Assembly (NCBI RefSeq): GCF_009914755.1
Contig: NC_060944.1
Length of the DNA: 64,000 bases
Source: the human T2T-CHM13v2.0 reference genome, Homo sapiens
Reading direction: 5' to 3' (one strand)
The translations under genes and the position numbers were made by a program. Positions 32,032-50,665 of the stretch are shown one piece after another. Below the pieces are notes generated by a model. It was given only the letters and a program-made list of their open reading frames with translations, had not been told where the DNA came from and ran no database searches. Each line of letters opens with the position of its first letter. The stretch's first letter is position 1.

Positions 32032-32619
32032 GCCAAACTCATAGTTTGTGCTGAAGAAAAGCTAATTATTTGATAATAATTTTATTTATTATTATTAATA
32101 CAATTGTGGTTGTAACTGAAAGACCAGATTCAGGTATCTCCTGCAGTGTTGATAAGGGGGTGGCAGGGTGAGGGACTGGGGCTAGTATCAGCACCCTGCC
32201 CAACAAAGGACTTCCCCTCCCAGGCAGCCAACAGAAGAGGCTGGGCCAGGCTGCAGGTGGTCGGGGAAGCCTGGCTTCCTTGTCACTTCTGCCTCTCATC
32301 ACCGGTGCACAGGCCTGCTCAGGGCCAAGGGTACCAGAAAGCTTTGCCTGTGCTGTTTCTCTGACCCAGTGGCCTCTCCTTTTTCAATTGCCTAACTCCA
32401 GGACAGAAATAACTCTGATGCCCCTTTCAGACCTGCCCCCTAGGGCACCCCCTTAGACATTGGTCAGTAACAGGAGAGAAGATCGACAGATTAGAGGTGG
32501 GGGCATGGGAAGCTCTCTTCTGATTGTTTCTCTTTTACAAAATGAAAAGCAAGGTCAACAGCTGAGAATGGGAGGGGGTGGGAGTTGGAGATTTGAGGGG
32601 AGCGGAGATAAGGAATACA

Positions 32620-33025
32620 GGTTATCTTACTTTTGGTTGCTCAAAAGCAGACCCCAAGACAAGGATCCCAGAGCACGTAGTTTATTTGAAAGGTGATCCC
32701 AGGACAGCCAGGTAGGGGACTAGGAGGGTGAGGCAGGAAGGGAAAGGAGCCAAGCCCATTACGATGGTGGGCAGCTGAATGCAGGTCAATCCCACTGGGC
32801 TATCGTGGGTGCCACCCAAGATGGGAGGGGACCGGAGTGATCTACATTCCAGCTAGGGGTGGTTTTTGCTTAAAGGTTGCTCCTGGTTGAGAGGTCAAAT
32901 CTCTGCCTCCAGCCCTGCTCCCCAAGAAAGCCCTAGCCATGCAGATGAGGGCAATTAGCATTGGGGCAGCAAGGAAAGGGTACTGGCCAGGGGTTGTGGG
33001 TGGGACCCTGCCAACATCTGCTATG
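32620..33025 (-). mobile_element. Old ERVL-type LTR fragment (LTR16/33/40-like)
   Basis: aagcagaccccaagacaagga...gtagtttatttgaaaggtgatcccagg. Confidence 0.55.
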
Positions 33026-34535
33026 GTGAAGGAGTGAATTAACCAGCAGTAAGTAGAGGTCCCTCAGGGCTAATGTTGATTGGTTTAAAGTGAACCAAAG
33101 AGCATAAGTTGCCAAAGGACCTTAGTCATCGCAGACTACCATGCCTGGCTAATTTTTGTATTTTTCGTAGAGATGGGATTTCTCTGTGTTTGCCAGGCTG
33201 GTCTCGGACTCCTGGCCTCAAGACTGGCTTACAGATGACATGAACCATAAGGCCCCTAGAAGAAAAGACACTTTTCCAAAATCACTCTTAGCATGGTCAG
33301 GATGGCAGATCACATTCCTCTGGAACCTTGCACAGAAGAAAAAATAAAAAAAAGTTTAAAGCAGTTTTTAGTATACAAAAGTAAAACATGATTATTGGAG
33401 AAAATCTAGAAAATATAGACAGAAAATTTAAAATCACACAGAAATGTGTAACCCAGAGACAACCACTGTCAACAATGGATCTGTATCTTTCTAGTCTATT
33501 TCCTAAGCCTATGTGTATTCATATAGTTTTTTTCAACAAAATTTCAATCACATTATATGTAATAGTACATACTGTCCTCTAACATGATTTTTTCATGTTA
33601 CAGTATAATCATGTTTCTCTTTCCATATCATTGAATATTTTTCTGCATAAATGTCTAGGGCCACACAATATTCCATTGTTAAACACTGAAATTGTTTGTA
33701 TTTTTTCATTATTATAAATACCACTGCAATGAATTTCCCAGAAATTCACTCTGAGCATGACCATGAATATTTCCTAAGAATAAATCCCTAGGAATGGAAT
33801 TGCCATCTCAAAGGGTAAGCACTTTTTAAGGCATTTATTTGATAATTTGCCAATTTGATAAACTTTGCTAACTTTGGAAACAGCATGACTGTTTATTCAA
33901 TTGCTCAGTCCAAAATTCTTGAGTCATTCTGTGTATAATAGTTCTGTACTTTGTGGTAGGATTTCTGTAGGGTCCTTTCAAGTGGGACATAAAAAGGAAT
34001 GTTCATTTGCCATTTTGATAACACTGCCAAATTATCTTCTAAAAGTATTTAACCAAATTGAATGTTCTTATCTAAAAACACACTATTTCTCTCTCTCTCT
34101 CTTTTTTTCTGTTAAATGCTTCAGGAGAGTTAAATTGTTGTTCCTTTTTCATAGACATCATGCACATTATAAACTTTATTCTTAGGTATCTTTTGAGTTT
34201 TATTGCTGGCATGAATGAAATTTTAAAAATCGGTCATATTTTCTAGTTGGTCATTGTTGAAAACCTAAGAAAACTATAGATTTTAGCATATTTATTTATT
34301 TATTTATTTTAGTATTATTATTATTATTTTTATTATACTTTAAGTTCTCAGGTACATGTGCACAACGTGCAGGTTTGTTACATATGTATACATGTGCCAT
34401 GTTGGTGTGCTGCACCCATTAACTCATCATTTACATTAGGTATATCTCCTAATGCTATCCCTTCCCCCTACCTCTACCTCACGACAGGCCCTGGTGTGTG
34501 ATGTTCCCCAACCTGTGTCCAAGTGTTCTCATGGT

Positions 34536-38339
<3,804 letters not shown>

Positions 38340-38402
38340 TATGATGTTAGCTGGTTATTTTGCTTGTTAGTTGATGCAGTTTCTTCCTGGCATCAATGGT
38401 CT

Positions 38403-39428
38403 TTACAATTTGGCATATTTTTGCAGTGGCTGGTACCGGTTGTTCCTTTCCATGTTTAGTGCTTCCTTCAGGAGCTCTTGTAAGGCAGGCCTGGTGGTGA
38501 CAAAATCTCTCAGCATTTGCTTGTCTGTAAAGGATTTTATTTCTCCTTCACTTATGAAGCTTAGTTTGGCTGGATATGAAATTCTGGTTTGCAAATTCTT
38601 TCCTTTAAGAATGATGAATATTGGCCCCCACTCTTTTCTGGCTTGTAGAGTTTCTGCCGAGAGATTTGCTGTTAGTCTGATGGGCTTCCCTTTGTGGGTA
38701 ACCTGACCTTTCTCTCTGGCTGCCCTTAACATTTTTTCCTTCATTTCAACTTTGGTGAATCTGACAATTATGTGTCTTGGAGTTGCTCTTCTCGAGGACT
38801 ATCTTTGTGGCATTCTCTGTATTTCCTGAATTTGAATGTTGGCCTGCCTTGCTAGGTTGGGGAAGTTCTCCTGGATAATATCCTGCAGAGTGTTTTCCAA
38901 CTTGGTTCCATTCTCCCTGTCACTTTCAGGTATACCAATCAGATGTAGATTTGGTCTTTTCACATAGTCCCATATTTCTTGGAGGCTTTGTTAGTTTCTT
39001 TTTACTCTTTTATCTCTAAACTTTCCTTCTCGCTTCATTTCATTCATTTAATCTTCAATCACTGACACTCTTTCTTCCACTTGACTGAATCGGCTACTGA
39101 AGCTTGTGCATACATTATGTAGTTCTCATGCCATGGTTTTCAGCTCCATCAGGTCATTTAAGGTCTTCTCTATGCTGTTTATTCTAGTTAGCTATTCATC
39201 TAATCTCTTTTCAAGGTTTTTAGCTTCTCTGTGATGGGTTTGAACATCCTTCTTTAGCTCGGAGAAGTTTGTTATTACTGATCGTCTGAAGCCTACTTCT
39301 GTCAACTTGTCAAAGTCATGCTCTGTCCAGCTTTGTTCTGTTGCTGGTGAGGAGCTGCGTTCCTTTGGAGGAGAAGAGGCACTCTGATTTTTAGAATTTT
39401 CAGCCTTTCTGCTCTAGTTTCTCCCCAT
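38403..39428 (-). pseudogene. L1 ORF1, disrupted
   Basis: ATG GGG AGA AAC TAG gives a stop at codon 5; C-terminal piece MKEKMLRAAREKGQVTHKGKPIRLT...KYAKL is intact. Confidence 0.93.
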
Positions 39429-40003
39429 CTTTGTGGTCTTATCTACCTTTGGTCTTTGATGATGGTGATGTACAGATGGGATTTTGGTGTGGATGTCTTT
39501 TCTCTTTGTTAGTTTTCCTTCTAACAGTCAGGGCCCTCAGCTGCAGGTCTGTTGGAGTTTGCTGGTGGTCCATTCCAGACCCTGTTTGCCTGGGTATCAC
39601 CGGCGGAGGCTGCAGAACAGCAAATATTGCAGAACAGTAAATGTTGCTGCCTGATCCTTCCTCTGGAAGCTTTGTCTCAGAGGGGCACCGGGCTGTATGA
39701 GGTGTCAGTCAGCCCCTACTGGGAGGTGTCTCCCAGTTAGGCTACTTGGGGGTCAGGGACCCACTTGAGGAGGCAGTTTGTCTGTTCTCAGATCTCAAAC
39801 TTCGTGCTAGGAGAACCACTACTCTCTTCAAAGCTGTCAGACAGGGACTTTTAAGTCTGCAGAAGTTTCTGCTACCTTTTGTTCAGCCATGCCCTGCCCC
39901 CAGAGGTGGAGTCTACAGAGGCAGGCAGGCCTCCTTGAGCTGTGGTGGGCTCCACCCAGTTTGAGCTTCCCAGCCACTTTGTTTACTTACTGAAGCCTCA
40001 GCA

Positions 40004-40339
40004 ATGGCAGACGCCCCTCCCCCAGCCTTGCTGCCACCTTGCAGTTCGATCTCAGACTGCTGTACTAGCAGGGAGCGAGTCTCCTTGGGCATGGCACCCT
40101 CTGAGCCAGGCATGGGATATAATCTCCTGGTGTGCCATTTGCTAAGACCATTGGAAAAGCACAATATTAGGGTGGGAATGTCCCGATTTTCCAGGTACCA
40201 TCTGTCACGGCTTCCCTTGGCTAGGAAAGGGAATTCCCTGATCCCTTGGACCCCTTGTGCTTCCCAGGTGAGCCGATGCCCTGCCCTGCTTTGGCTCACA
40301 CTCCGGGGGCTGCACCCACTGTCCAACAAGCCCCAGTGA
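40004..40339 (+). CDS. L1 antisense ORF0 homolog, open for 111 aa (expression unproven)
   Basis: MADAPPPALLPPCSSISDCC...PSEPGMGY...EKHNIRVGMSRFSR aligns with L1HS ORF0 (MAGAPPPASLPPCSLISDCC...); Kozak context gcaATGG. Confidence 0.55.
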   Translation: MADAPPPALLPPCSSISDCCTSRERVSLGMAPSEPGMGYNLLVCHLLRPLEKHNIRVGMSRFSRYHLSRLPLARKGNSLIPWTPCASQVSRCPALLWLTLRGLHPLSNKPQ

Positions 40340-40790
40340 GATGAACCCGGTACCTTAGTTGGAAATGCAGAAATCACTTGTCTTCTGCGTTGCTCACGCT
40401 GGGAGCTGTAGACTGGAGCTGTTCCTATTCGGCCATCTTGGAGGGTGACTTCAGCATATTTATTTTTAGGCCGCCTGCCTTACTGAATCTATTATGATTT
40501 CTAACAGGTTTTCAATTCATTTTCTTGTTTTTTTTTTCCCCTAGGTGGAAAATAATAAAATGTTTAAATATTAATCATTATACTTATTTTCCTAATAGTT
40601 GTATCTCTAATTTCATTCTCTTGTCTAGTGACATCGGTAGCACCTCCAGAAGAGAGAACAAAAGCAGTGGTAGCACCAATCTCCTTAGTCTTTTCTCAGA
40701 TTGAGGGGGCATCTCATGTGTGTCTTCCCTTTGAAAATGATGCCAACACTCATTTGACGTACACGTGCAAATGTTTTTGTTGTGGAACTA

Positions 40791-41192
<402 letters not shown>

Positions 41193-42492
41193 TTATATTA
41201 ACAGCCTACCAAATTTTGAATAACCCTTGCTTATTCTCACAATTTTTCTTTTAATGTTCTATTTAGTTTATTTGCTAATATTTTGTTATTTTGCATGTAT
41301 ATTCATAATTGGGTTTGTAGTCTTCCATTTTGTGCTTGTCTACTTTTTAAATATTTAATTCTGCATAATTTGTAACATTAATTGAAAATTTTCTTTCATT
41401 ATGCATTGGGATGATTTAAAGGGCAACAGATTTCTATGTTGTTTGGATTTTTGAAAGAGTTCTACTTCATCTGATGTGATTGTGGTTCTGCTTTCTGCTT
41501 ATTTGTTTTTCCTGGAACAATTTTTTTGAACAAGTTTTGCTGGTCCTCTTACTCATAGTCTTTCTGAATCATTTTATTTTACTTAAGTGTTTGTGGAGTT
41601 ATATTTTATGTGTTAATTTAAGCTTTTAAAAAATATCTGTGTTTATTCCATTTTCATTTATTGTCATAGTAATTTCTGTTTAAAAATGTTCTTAGGTTAT
41701 TTTGTTTGTTGTGATTCATCACAGTATAATTTCCTTTATATCTTTTGCTTTACTGTTCATAATTTTTAAAGTAATTGAATGCCCATATAGATTCTGCTTT
41801 TAGATCTATTGATAATTGAATAACTTGATCAATCCTCGTTCTCCAGTTCATGAGTTCTAGCAGTAAGGCCTTCCCCTTTGTCTTTCTCTATGAAAGAGAA
41901 GGCCAACTGCACGTTTTTGCTTCCTCTCATTCTCTCCTCCGTCAATATCAATTCCAAATCCACCTCACCCGATTTGTGTATCCTGAATTTTTGCCCCAGC
42001 CTATTATAAGGAACTTATCATTAATATTTGTATTAGGTGTCTTTCTTTGTCAAGGAACTTAATGTTTTTGTTCTTTCTTATAACAATACTTTCCATGGCT
42101 ATTTAGTCTTCATTTCATGTTTGGAATTTGGATGCAGTTTGGATGGATTTGGCTCTTACCCCAGGCTTTCTGCAACACAGACTTCATGTTCAGAAATATA
42201 TACTTATTCAACTAGTTCTTGAGAGAGTGTTTATGTGACCTCCTCCTAAAGTTTTCTGATGTTTAATAACAGCCTGTTTCCTTACCAGGTGACTGGCACT
42301 TTGACTGGGCTTAGAATTTGGGGGCTTAGAACTTGGGACCATATTCCTTTTCTTCCTTTAAAACACTGCCTTGTCTTCTGGCAGTGAATTGTATGGCAGA
42401 AACATCAGGGTCGTTTTTCTTCAGTGTAGATATTTACAGACATTTTTCTTTATAACTAAAATGAAATAATTTTTTATGAGAACTTGCCTTGA

Positions 42493-43073
<581 letters not shown>

Positions 43074-44364
43074 TGACCTCTTACTGTTTTTTCTTAGCAT
43101 TGCCCATTCTTTTGTAAACCCAATCCATAGTTACAGGAGCTCATTTTTCATCCATTTTTTTCTTTGGAGTCCTTGAACTTTTTCCCATGCCACTGAGAAT
43201 AGAAAGTAGATTTGCCCCAAATTTTCATCTGTTTTATGGGTTCAGTTTATAGAAATATGGTCTTCATCTCTCTACGCTGCTGTGTTCATTTCCTTGTCAT
43301 TGGTTGCTAAGTTCTTGCTTCTCACTCTCTTCTCACCTTTGAATAGGATTCTATTTAGGATTTGTACTTGCCTTGGGCTGGCATGGATAGATTTTCCTTC
43401 ATGATTCCTCACACTTTGCACTCTACCCTTAGGTATTTGGGTAGCTTCAGAATCGTCTTACTAGAACTCTATAAGTGAATATATATCTGGATGCATTTTG
43501 AGAGATTCAGAAGGATGCAAAACCAATAGAAAATATTGGTTACTTTAAGGTAAGATTGGAGGGAAATACTATTGACCTTTAATTTAAAAACCTCTCTTAA
43601 AAAATGGGCAAACATTAAGAATATCAGATAGAATGTACAAATGACTAATCTGCTATGTAAAAAGATGTTTGACCTTGCTGATAGCCAGTGAAGTGCAAAC
43701 TAAAACCACACTAAGACATCATCACTTGCACATCAGATTGAAAAAGATTTACAATGTTATAATGTCCAACATGGTAAAGATGTTGAGAAAGATGCACTAT
43801 TTCAAGATTTTTTTTTTTAAAGGAACTTGGAGACTGGATCAGGTAACTTAATTTTAGGAATTTAAAACTCAGACTGAAATGGGCCTATGGACAAAGTGGG
43901 TTAATTTAGTCTTTATTTTGTTTTTGCTAAATAAATATTTCATGTATGTTTAAGAAACCTTATAAACAAATTCAGTCACAGACTTTAGTTTGCATTAGGA
44001 TTACCTTCAGTTTTTCTGTACTTTTATGTTTTGCCTCAAATGTGATTTCTTCACTGCTTTATCAAGAGCTGGACCTGACATCAACATTATAAAATAAATT
44101 TACAGAGCTCGAGGGCTTCAAGTGCCTGTCAAGGTGACCCAGAAGCCCACATCGATGGTTCTTGCCATGAACTCTACTCTGGAGAAACCACAGAAATAGG
44201 ATAAAACACGGACTGGAGGAACTAACAAAGGAGTGTTGGAAGCCCCTGGAAGGGTCTCATGGCTGCTTTGAGCTGGAGTGTATGTATATGGGTGCACACA
44301 CTCGTGTATGTAGGAAGCAGAAAAGGATGGGACAAGCAAAGGCAATGATGGGAAGGTGGGTTAG

Positions 44365-44800
44365 AGCAGTGATTTGCAATCCTGGTGCATGTTAGATATC
44401 ATCTGAGAAGCTTTAAAAAATATTCACACCAGATAACAGGGAAATATAGGAGAATGTCCTCCTCCTTAGCTGATGTTGAATTACTAGCTGTCTGCAACTT
44501 ATTTCCAAATGCTTCAACAAAACAAAACACCTCGTAACAGAGAATAAGAGAGAGAGAATGAGAGCAACTGTGGCAACTTTTGATGAATCCAGGTGAAGAC
44601 AGCAGTGATGTTCTCTGTACTATTTTTTTTAAGACTGATTTGTTGGTTTGATTTTTGTTTTCAAAATACAATGTTGAGAAAATCAATACTCACCTCCAAG
44701 CCTCATCCCAGGTATTCTGATTTCATTGGTCTGTGATGCAGTGGCATCTGAAAAATGTTCCAGATATGAGTGTAATGCTGAACCAAGATTAAAATCCACA
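44365..44800. mobile_element. MER5-type hAT MITE interrupted by an L1M 3' fragment (about 44430-44685)
   Basis: cagtgatttgcaatcctgg...catctgagaagctttaaaaaata | ...attctgatttcattggtctg. Confidence 0.55.
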
Positions 44801-45279
44801 GGGTTGGCAGGAAGCTTTTAAAAAGCTCTTCTCTTGCTGCTTCTCCTGAAGTGCCTTGATACCATCTTTGACTTCCACTTCACCATAGAAATTGGAAGCA
44901 ATAGTCCAAACCTCCAGTGCCAGTAAACATGGTGCTGGGTGCTCTGCTGAGTGAGGAATTGATGCAAAATGAAACCCCAACTAGAGGAGCTGTCAGTTAC
45001 AATGGCAGCAAAGAGCAGTGGCTAACTGTTGTTTTGTGGTACTTGAGCTTCTCTACTCAGAGGCTCATCCCTCTCCTTAACTGACATTCATCCACAGGGA
45101 CACAGATGAGAGCCTGGCCCTTGAGGTTTCATTCATACTCTGCTAAACAAAGTAGTTGATTCCACTGTGGGAAAATGAATTCACAGGCCAAGATATCTAG
45201 ACACCTGAGAAATACCTGTCTTGTTAAAGAGAAAGAAAAAAAAAAAGACAAATGGAATGCATTCCACCTGAAGCAGCAT

Positions 45280-46790
45280 TATTGAGAGATGGCTTCAGAA
45301 TTTAAAATAAACATTATAGAAATAATTAAGAAAATAAGAGATGATTTTAAGCATATGAAGGAAAAGTAAGAAATCATGGACAAGAACCAAGTGGAAATAT
45401 CGAGTATGAAAAGTATAATAGTTAAAGCAAAAAATACAAGAGATAGAATTAATAAAAGGATGGAAACAGCTGAAGAACAAATTAATGTAATGGAGGATTA
45501 GGTAGAGGAATTATTCTGAGGCAGTAGGAAATGATGAAGAGGGAGAAAAATATATATTTTCAAAATGCTTTGAAATATGGAGGATAGAAGTAAAAGTGTT
45601 AATATTTTAAAAATGAAAACACTAAGAGAAGAAAAAAACTGAGAAGATGAAATATTTAAAGAAACAGTGAAGATTCAGCTTCCTAAAATTGAAGACAAGT
45701 CTCTGGCTTGAAAAGTCCTATAGAACACCAAACAAAAGAGATAAGAAAAACCTATACTTAGCTGGGTGTGGTGGCTCACACCTGTAATCCCAGCACTTTG
45801 GGAGGCTGAGACAGGAAGGTTGCTTGTGTCCAGGAGTTCAAGACCAGCCTGGGCAACATAGTGAGACCCCTTCTCTACAAAAAATAAAAAATCAGCTGAA
45901 TGTGGTGGTGTGCACCTGTAGTCCCAGCTACGTGGGGGGCCTGAGGCAGGAGAATTGTTTGAGCCTGGGAGGTTGAGCCTGCAGTGAGCCATGATCATGC
46001 CACTGCACTCCAGCCTGGTGGATAGAGTGAGATTTTGTCTCAAAACAAAACAAAGCAAACCCCTCAAAAAAACCTGTAGCTATATTAGAGTGAAACGTAA
46101 GAACATCAAAGACAAATTCTAAATGTTTTTGAAGTTGAAGCAGATTGCCAACAAACAAGAATCAGACCGACGTCAAGTGGGTACTACAAGTGATATGAAA
46201 AACACGGAAGACTAGATATAAATATAGTCAAGTTCAAGAAATAAATAAGGATAAATAAACTTGAGTATGGGTCTTAAATTAAGGGCAACTGACACAAGGC
46301 CCAAAGCAAAATAAATAAATTTTGAAGCAGCAAAAGGAAATTCTCCCTACCCAAAAGAAAGTTGGATAGAAGAAGGAAAAAAGAAAAATCCCTGTAAGTG
46401 TAAATTGTGAAATACATTATAACAATAATAATAATAAATGAAAATGGATTAAATTCACTAATTAAATTCACAGACAGCTCAGAGTAGATTTTTTAAAAGA
46501 AAGAGACAATATTATGTTTTTAAAATAAGAAATAAGCAATACAAAAAGGCAAAGAAAGTTGAAAAATCAGACTGGATTCCAGGCAAATATGAAAATATTG
46601 ATAATCTGGCAATTTCAACACGTGACAAAATACCATTTAATGCCAAAACATCATAATGAACAAAGCAAGAGGTTATATACTAATAAAAGGAACAATATAA
46701 CAAAAAACCCAATACAAATATATACGCACCTGAAAATAGACACTAAAAATATATCAAGCAACAAGTGACAGAACCACAGGGAGAGGATAA
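45280..46790 (+). mobile_element. Old L1M ORF1/ORF2-region remnant
   Basis: A-rich sense L1-like text (acagctgaagaacaaattaatg, aatggattaaattcactaattaaa, aatatatacgcacc). Confidence 0.6.
45760..46072 (+). mobile_element. AluJ
   Basis: cctgggcaacatagtgagacccc; TSD aaaaacct(a/g)ta. Confidence 0.94.
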
Positions 46791-47417
46791 TTCATTATTC
46801 CCAGTTGAATCTTTTATTGTATTCCTCCAAGGAATGGACAGATTAGGTAGTCTAAAAATGATCAGAAATTATTTTTTAAAATCTTCTCTTTGCTCCTAGT
46901 GTTCCGAAATTTCACGATGATATGTTTCAGCATGGGTCTATTTTTGTCCGTCTCACTTGGTACTCATGGGCCTTTTCAATCTGGCAATTCTTGTCACTCT
47001 CTTAGGGACATGTTTTATTGTTGTTTTGTTGCTGATGTACTCCCCTGTGTTTCTCTGTTCTCTCTGGAACTCCTCTTATTTGGATGGCATCTTCTGGATG
47101 GTTTCTCTAGTTTTTTTTGTTTTGTTTTGTTTTGTTTTTTATCTTTTCTTTCCTATTATCTATATCTTTGTCTTTTTGATCTACTTTCTGGGAGATTTCC
47201 TCATCTATAGCTTCCAAGCCTGCTGCTGACTTTAATTTTTTTCATATCGTATTTTTAACTTTATGAGCACTTTTTTGGTTTCAGAATGTCGCTTTTCTTA
47301 AAATAGAATCCTGTTCCTATTTCATGTTTGCAATACTTCATCCCTTTGAGGGAACTAATACTTTTTAAAAAAGAGATTTTCTTCTTTCTGGATAATTTCT
47401 GTTTCTCTAAATACCCC

Positions 47418-47900
47418 TGTACTGGTTTTTGTTGCTGCTGTAAAAAAAATTAAAACAATGTAAGTGTATTATCTTATAGTTCTGTAGGTTAGATGTTCAA
47501 TATGGGTTTCACTGAACTGATATCACAGTGTTGGAAGGATCATGTTTCTTTCTGGAGGTTCTAGGGCTAATCTGTTTCCTTGCCTTTTTCAGCTTTTAGA
47601 GACCAGTCACATTTCTTAACTCATAGCCTGTTTCCTCACATCTCTCTGTCTCTTTTCTAGTTGCCACATCTCCCTCTGACCATGGCAAAGAAAAGTTCTT
47701 GGCTTTTAAGGACACATGTGATTTGACTGGGCTCACTAGGATAATCCAGGATAATCTCCTCATCTCAAAATCAGATCATTAACAACTTTAATTCCATTTG
47801 CAACCTTAAATCTGCAAAAGTGCCATGTAACATAATACATTCCCTGGTTCTGGGGATTCGAACATGCACATTTTGGGAGGGCATTATTCTACCTACCATA
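47418..47900 (-). mobile_element. MLT1 MaLR solo LTR
   Basis: ttatcttatagttctgtaggttagatgttcaatatggg...ggataatccaggataatctcc...gggcattattctacctacca. Confidence 0.85.
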
Positions 47901-48912
47901 TCCCATCCCCATAACCTCTCTCTTTTTTTGTTTAGTTTTGTTCTCTGATTTTCACTTTGGAGGTTTTCCTCACATGTCTGGTAATCTCTAGCTATCTGCA
48001 CATACTTAGGAATGAAAGATTAAAAAGTTTATTGGAAGCTCTGAAAACATGAGTGGAGCTTATTGGCTGTATAACTGTGGATTATTTGACAGACTATTTC
48101 CCTGGGCAATCCCCATGTCAGTATATCAGGGTCTTTCTTGTTGGGCTGGTCAATTCCCCAGAGAAGACTTGTACAGTCTCCTCCCTAAAGGCAGAAGGCC
48201 TGGCCACCCGAGTTACACTATCTGAGCAGGGGAAGAGGCTTAAGAATCTCAAGATCTGGGATGTGTGTGTTTAGACTTAATAATTCTCTTGTGTCTGTCA
48301 ATTATACCTGTCATCCCTTTTGCAAAAACTAGACATTCAGTCATCTGCCTGGGTGTAAAGATTCAGGGGGAAAATGGGGCAGAGGAGTTCAAATGTCTCT
48401 TAAACAGACCTTCAGCAACTCTTGAATTTTTAGTCAAATCCTCACCTTTACTTCCAGAGATCCTGGACAGCAATTGCTGAGTGACTCGGGGGTTCTTTAG
48501 TATAAACTGGGTTGGTTCTTGAATTTACCCTCCGTGGGCTTATAACTCAACTTTCTCAGTCCTCGGCTTGTCTATCTGCTTTCCAGTTTCCAAAATTTTG
48601 ATGTTGCTTTTTCCCATTGGTCCTTGCCTTATTGGTTTTTTGTTAAAACCCTTTATTGTTGCTATAATGGCATTTCCAAAGAAAGCAGAGCTCAAAGCTT
48701 GGGTTCAATTCATTATTTTTTTAACTGGAAGTTGGTACATTGTTCCATATTTGTTGAACCCACTGTGCAACGTGAGCCATGGAAGTGCCCTGTCCCACTG
48801 TGGATGCCTCTTCTGACTGACATATTTCTCCTTTTTGGGGGCGGACCAACCATATCAAAGAGATGTCAAACTAAAGGAAAAGCTCATAACCATAGGCTTT
48901 CTGTGTTGAAGG

Positions 48913-48963
48913 TTGCTATGACTTTTAATGGCAAAAACCACAATTATGTTTGCACCAACTTAA
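48913..48963. mobile_element. MADE1 (Hsmar1 MITE), half copy
   Basis: acttttaatggcaaaaaccacaattatgtttgcaccaacttaa is one mariner TIR plus spacer. Confidence 0.85.
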
Positions 48964-49599
48964 TAATATTCCCAACCCAACAGGTATTTGTTGAAGATAT
49001 TGGTCTATCGCTCTGAAAATATTTCCCAAATGATATTTTCCAGCCTCCCTGATTCTGCCTTTGCCTTCCTGACATCCATGTGTGTGCTCACTTGTGCGTG
49101 CTTGCACACAGACATACACACACACACACACACATTTTCTTCCTTTTTTGGAGTGTACCCTTATCAGTATTAAGAATCTGACTCAGAACAATGGGGAGGG
49201 CTTTAGTCTTCTTGTTCAGCTATTACCATGGCTCAGAATGCTGTCTATGTCAGGAGATGAATCCCTGATTTTTTTCATGGCCCGTCCATGTCTTTCCCTC
49301 ATGCCACCAAATTGAAGATAATGATATAACTTTGCATTTAGTTTTATAGCCATAGGAATATCCAGCACCATATATGTTTAAATACAGGATAACCCAGAAC
49401 ATAAAACACCTCCATTCCTTTTCCAGTTGAGAATATTCTCCAGAATTTTGGCCAATTTAAGTATAAATAACCTTTAGAACCTTATTGAAATTGATATTTA
49501 CTTATACATTTTATTGGAGTAGTTTCATTATATATACAATTTAAAATTATATATTATAAAGGTAATTTAATTTACTGCTTTTTTCCTACTCATATAATA

Positions 49600-50110
49600 A
49601 TAAAGTTGTAAGAAACAATTTTACTGAAACTCCTCACTGGCGTCTTGGACATTAGTGTCTCTGTCGTCAGTAGATCCATTTTTTTTAAATCGTCCAGCAC
49701 AGTTTTCCACAGTACATTGTGTTCATTTCCATTTGAGTCATTGTGACACGTTTATGTTTGTATCTATATGTTTGCTCCCACGGAAACTTTTATCCCAAGC
49801 CACAATAGCCCATTATGTGCGGACAGATTTTTGGTTGTTTAATTTGTCCTGATGGTATATGTGCATGATTTCCACAGACAACCATTTTCTGTATTGATTT
49901 TCAAGTGAGCTTTAGAAGGATTGTTTACAAAGACATTTGACACTTGCAATTGTGAGGTGATAGACCTTTAGCAATAATTACTAAATCTGTGTCAAATTTC
50001 TTTGCCTTCCTTATTTACTGATTCTGTCAGGTGACATCTCTAATCATTGCAAACCAGTGTTGATTGAGGTCATTTCAGGCTGATGTTTCTTTGCCAAACA
50101 AGATTTTTGT
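49600..50110 (-). mobile_element. Tc2/pogo (Kanga/POGK-like) DDE transposase fossil
   Basis: Minus-strand pieces RCHLTESV, FDTDLVIIAKGL, SQLQVSNVFVNNPSKAHL, PSGQIKQP, VAWDK and GNEHNVLW parallel POGK-type NTDMVIIPGGLTSQLQVLDV...PTGNAKKP...VAW. Confidence 0.7.
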
Positions 50111-50128
50111 TCAAAATAAAGAATTTGA

Positions 50129-50665
<537 letters not shown>

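Noticed and set aside
33130-33222. Internal Alu fragment lacking both ends
   Set aside because: A real Alu piece, but too short to tell a deletion remnant from a non-TPRT insertion
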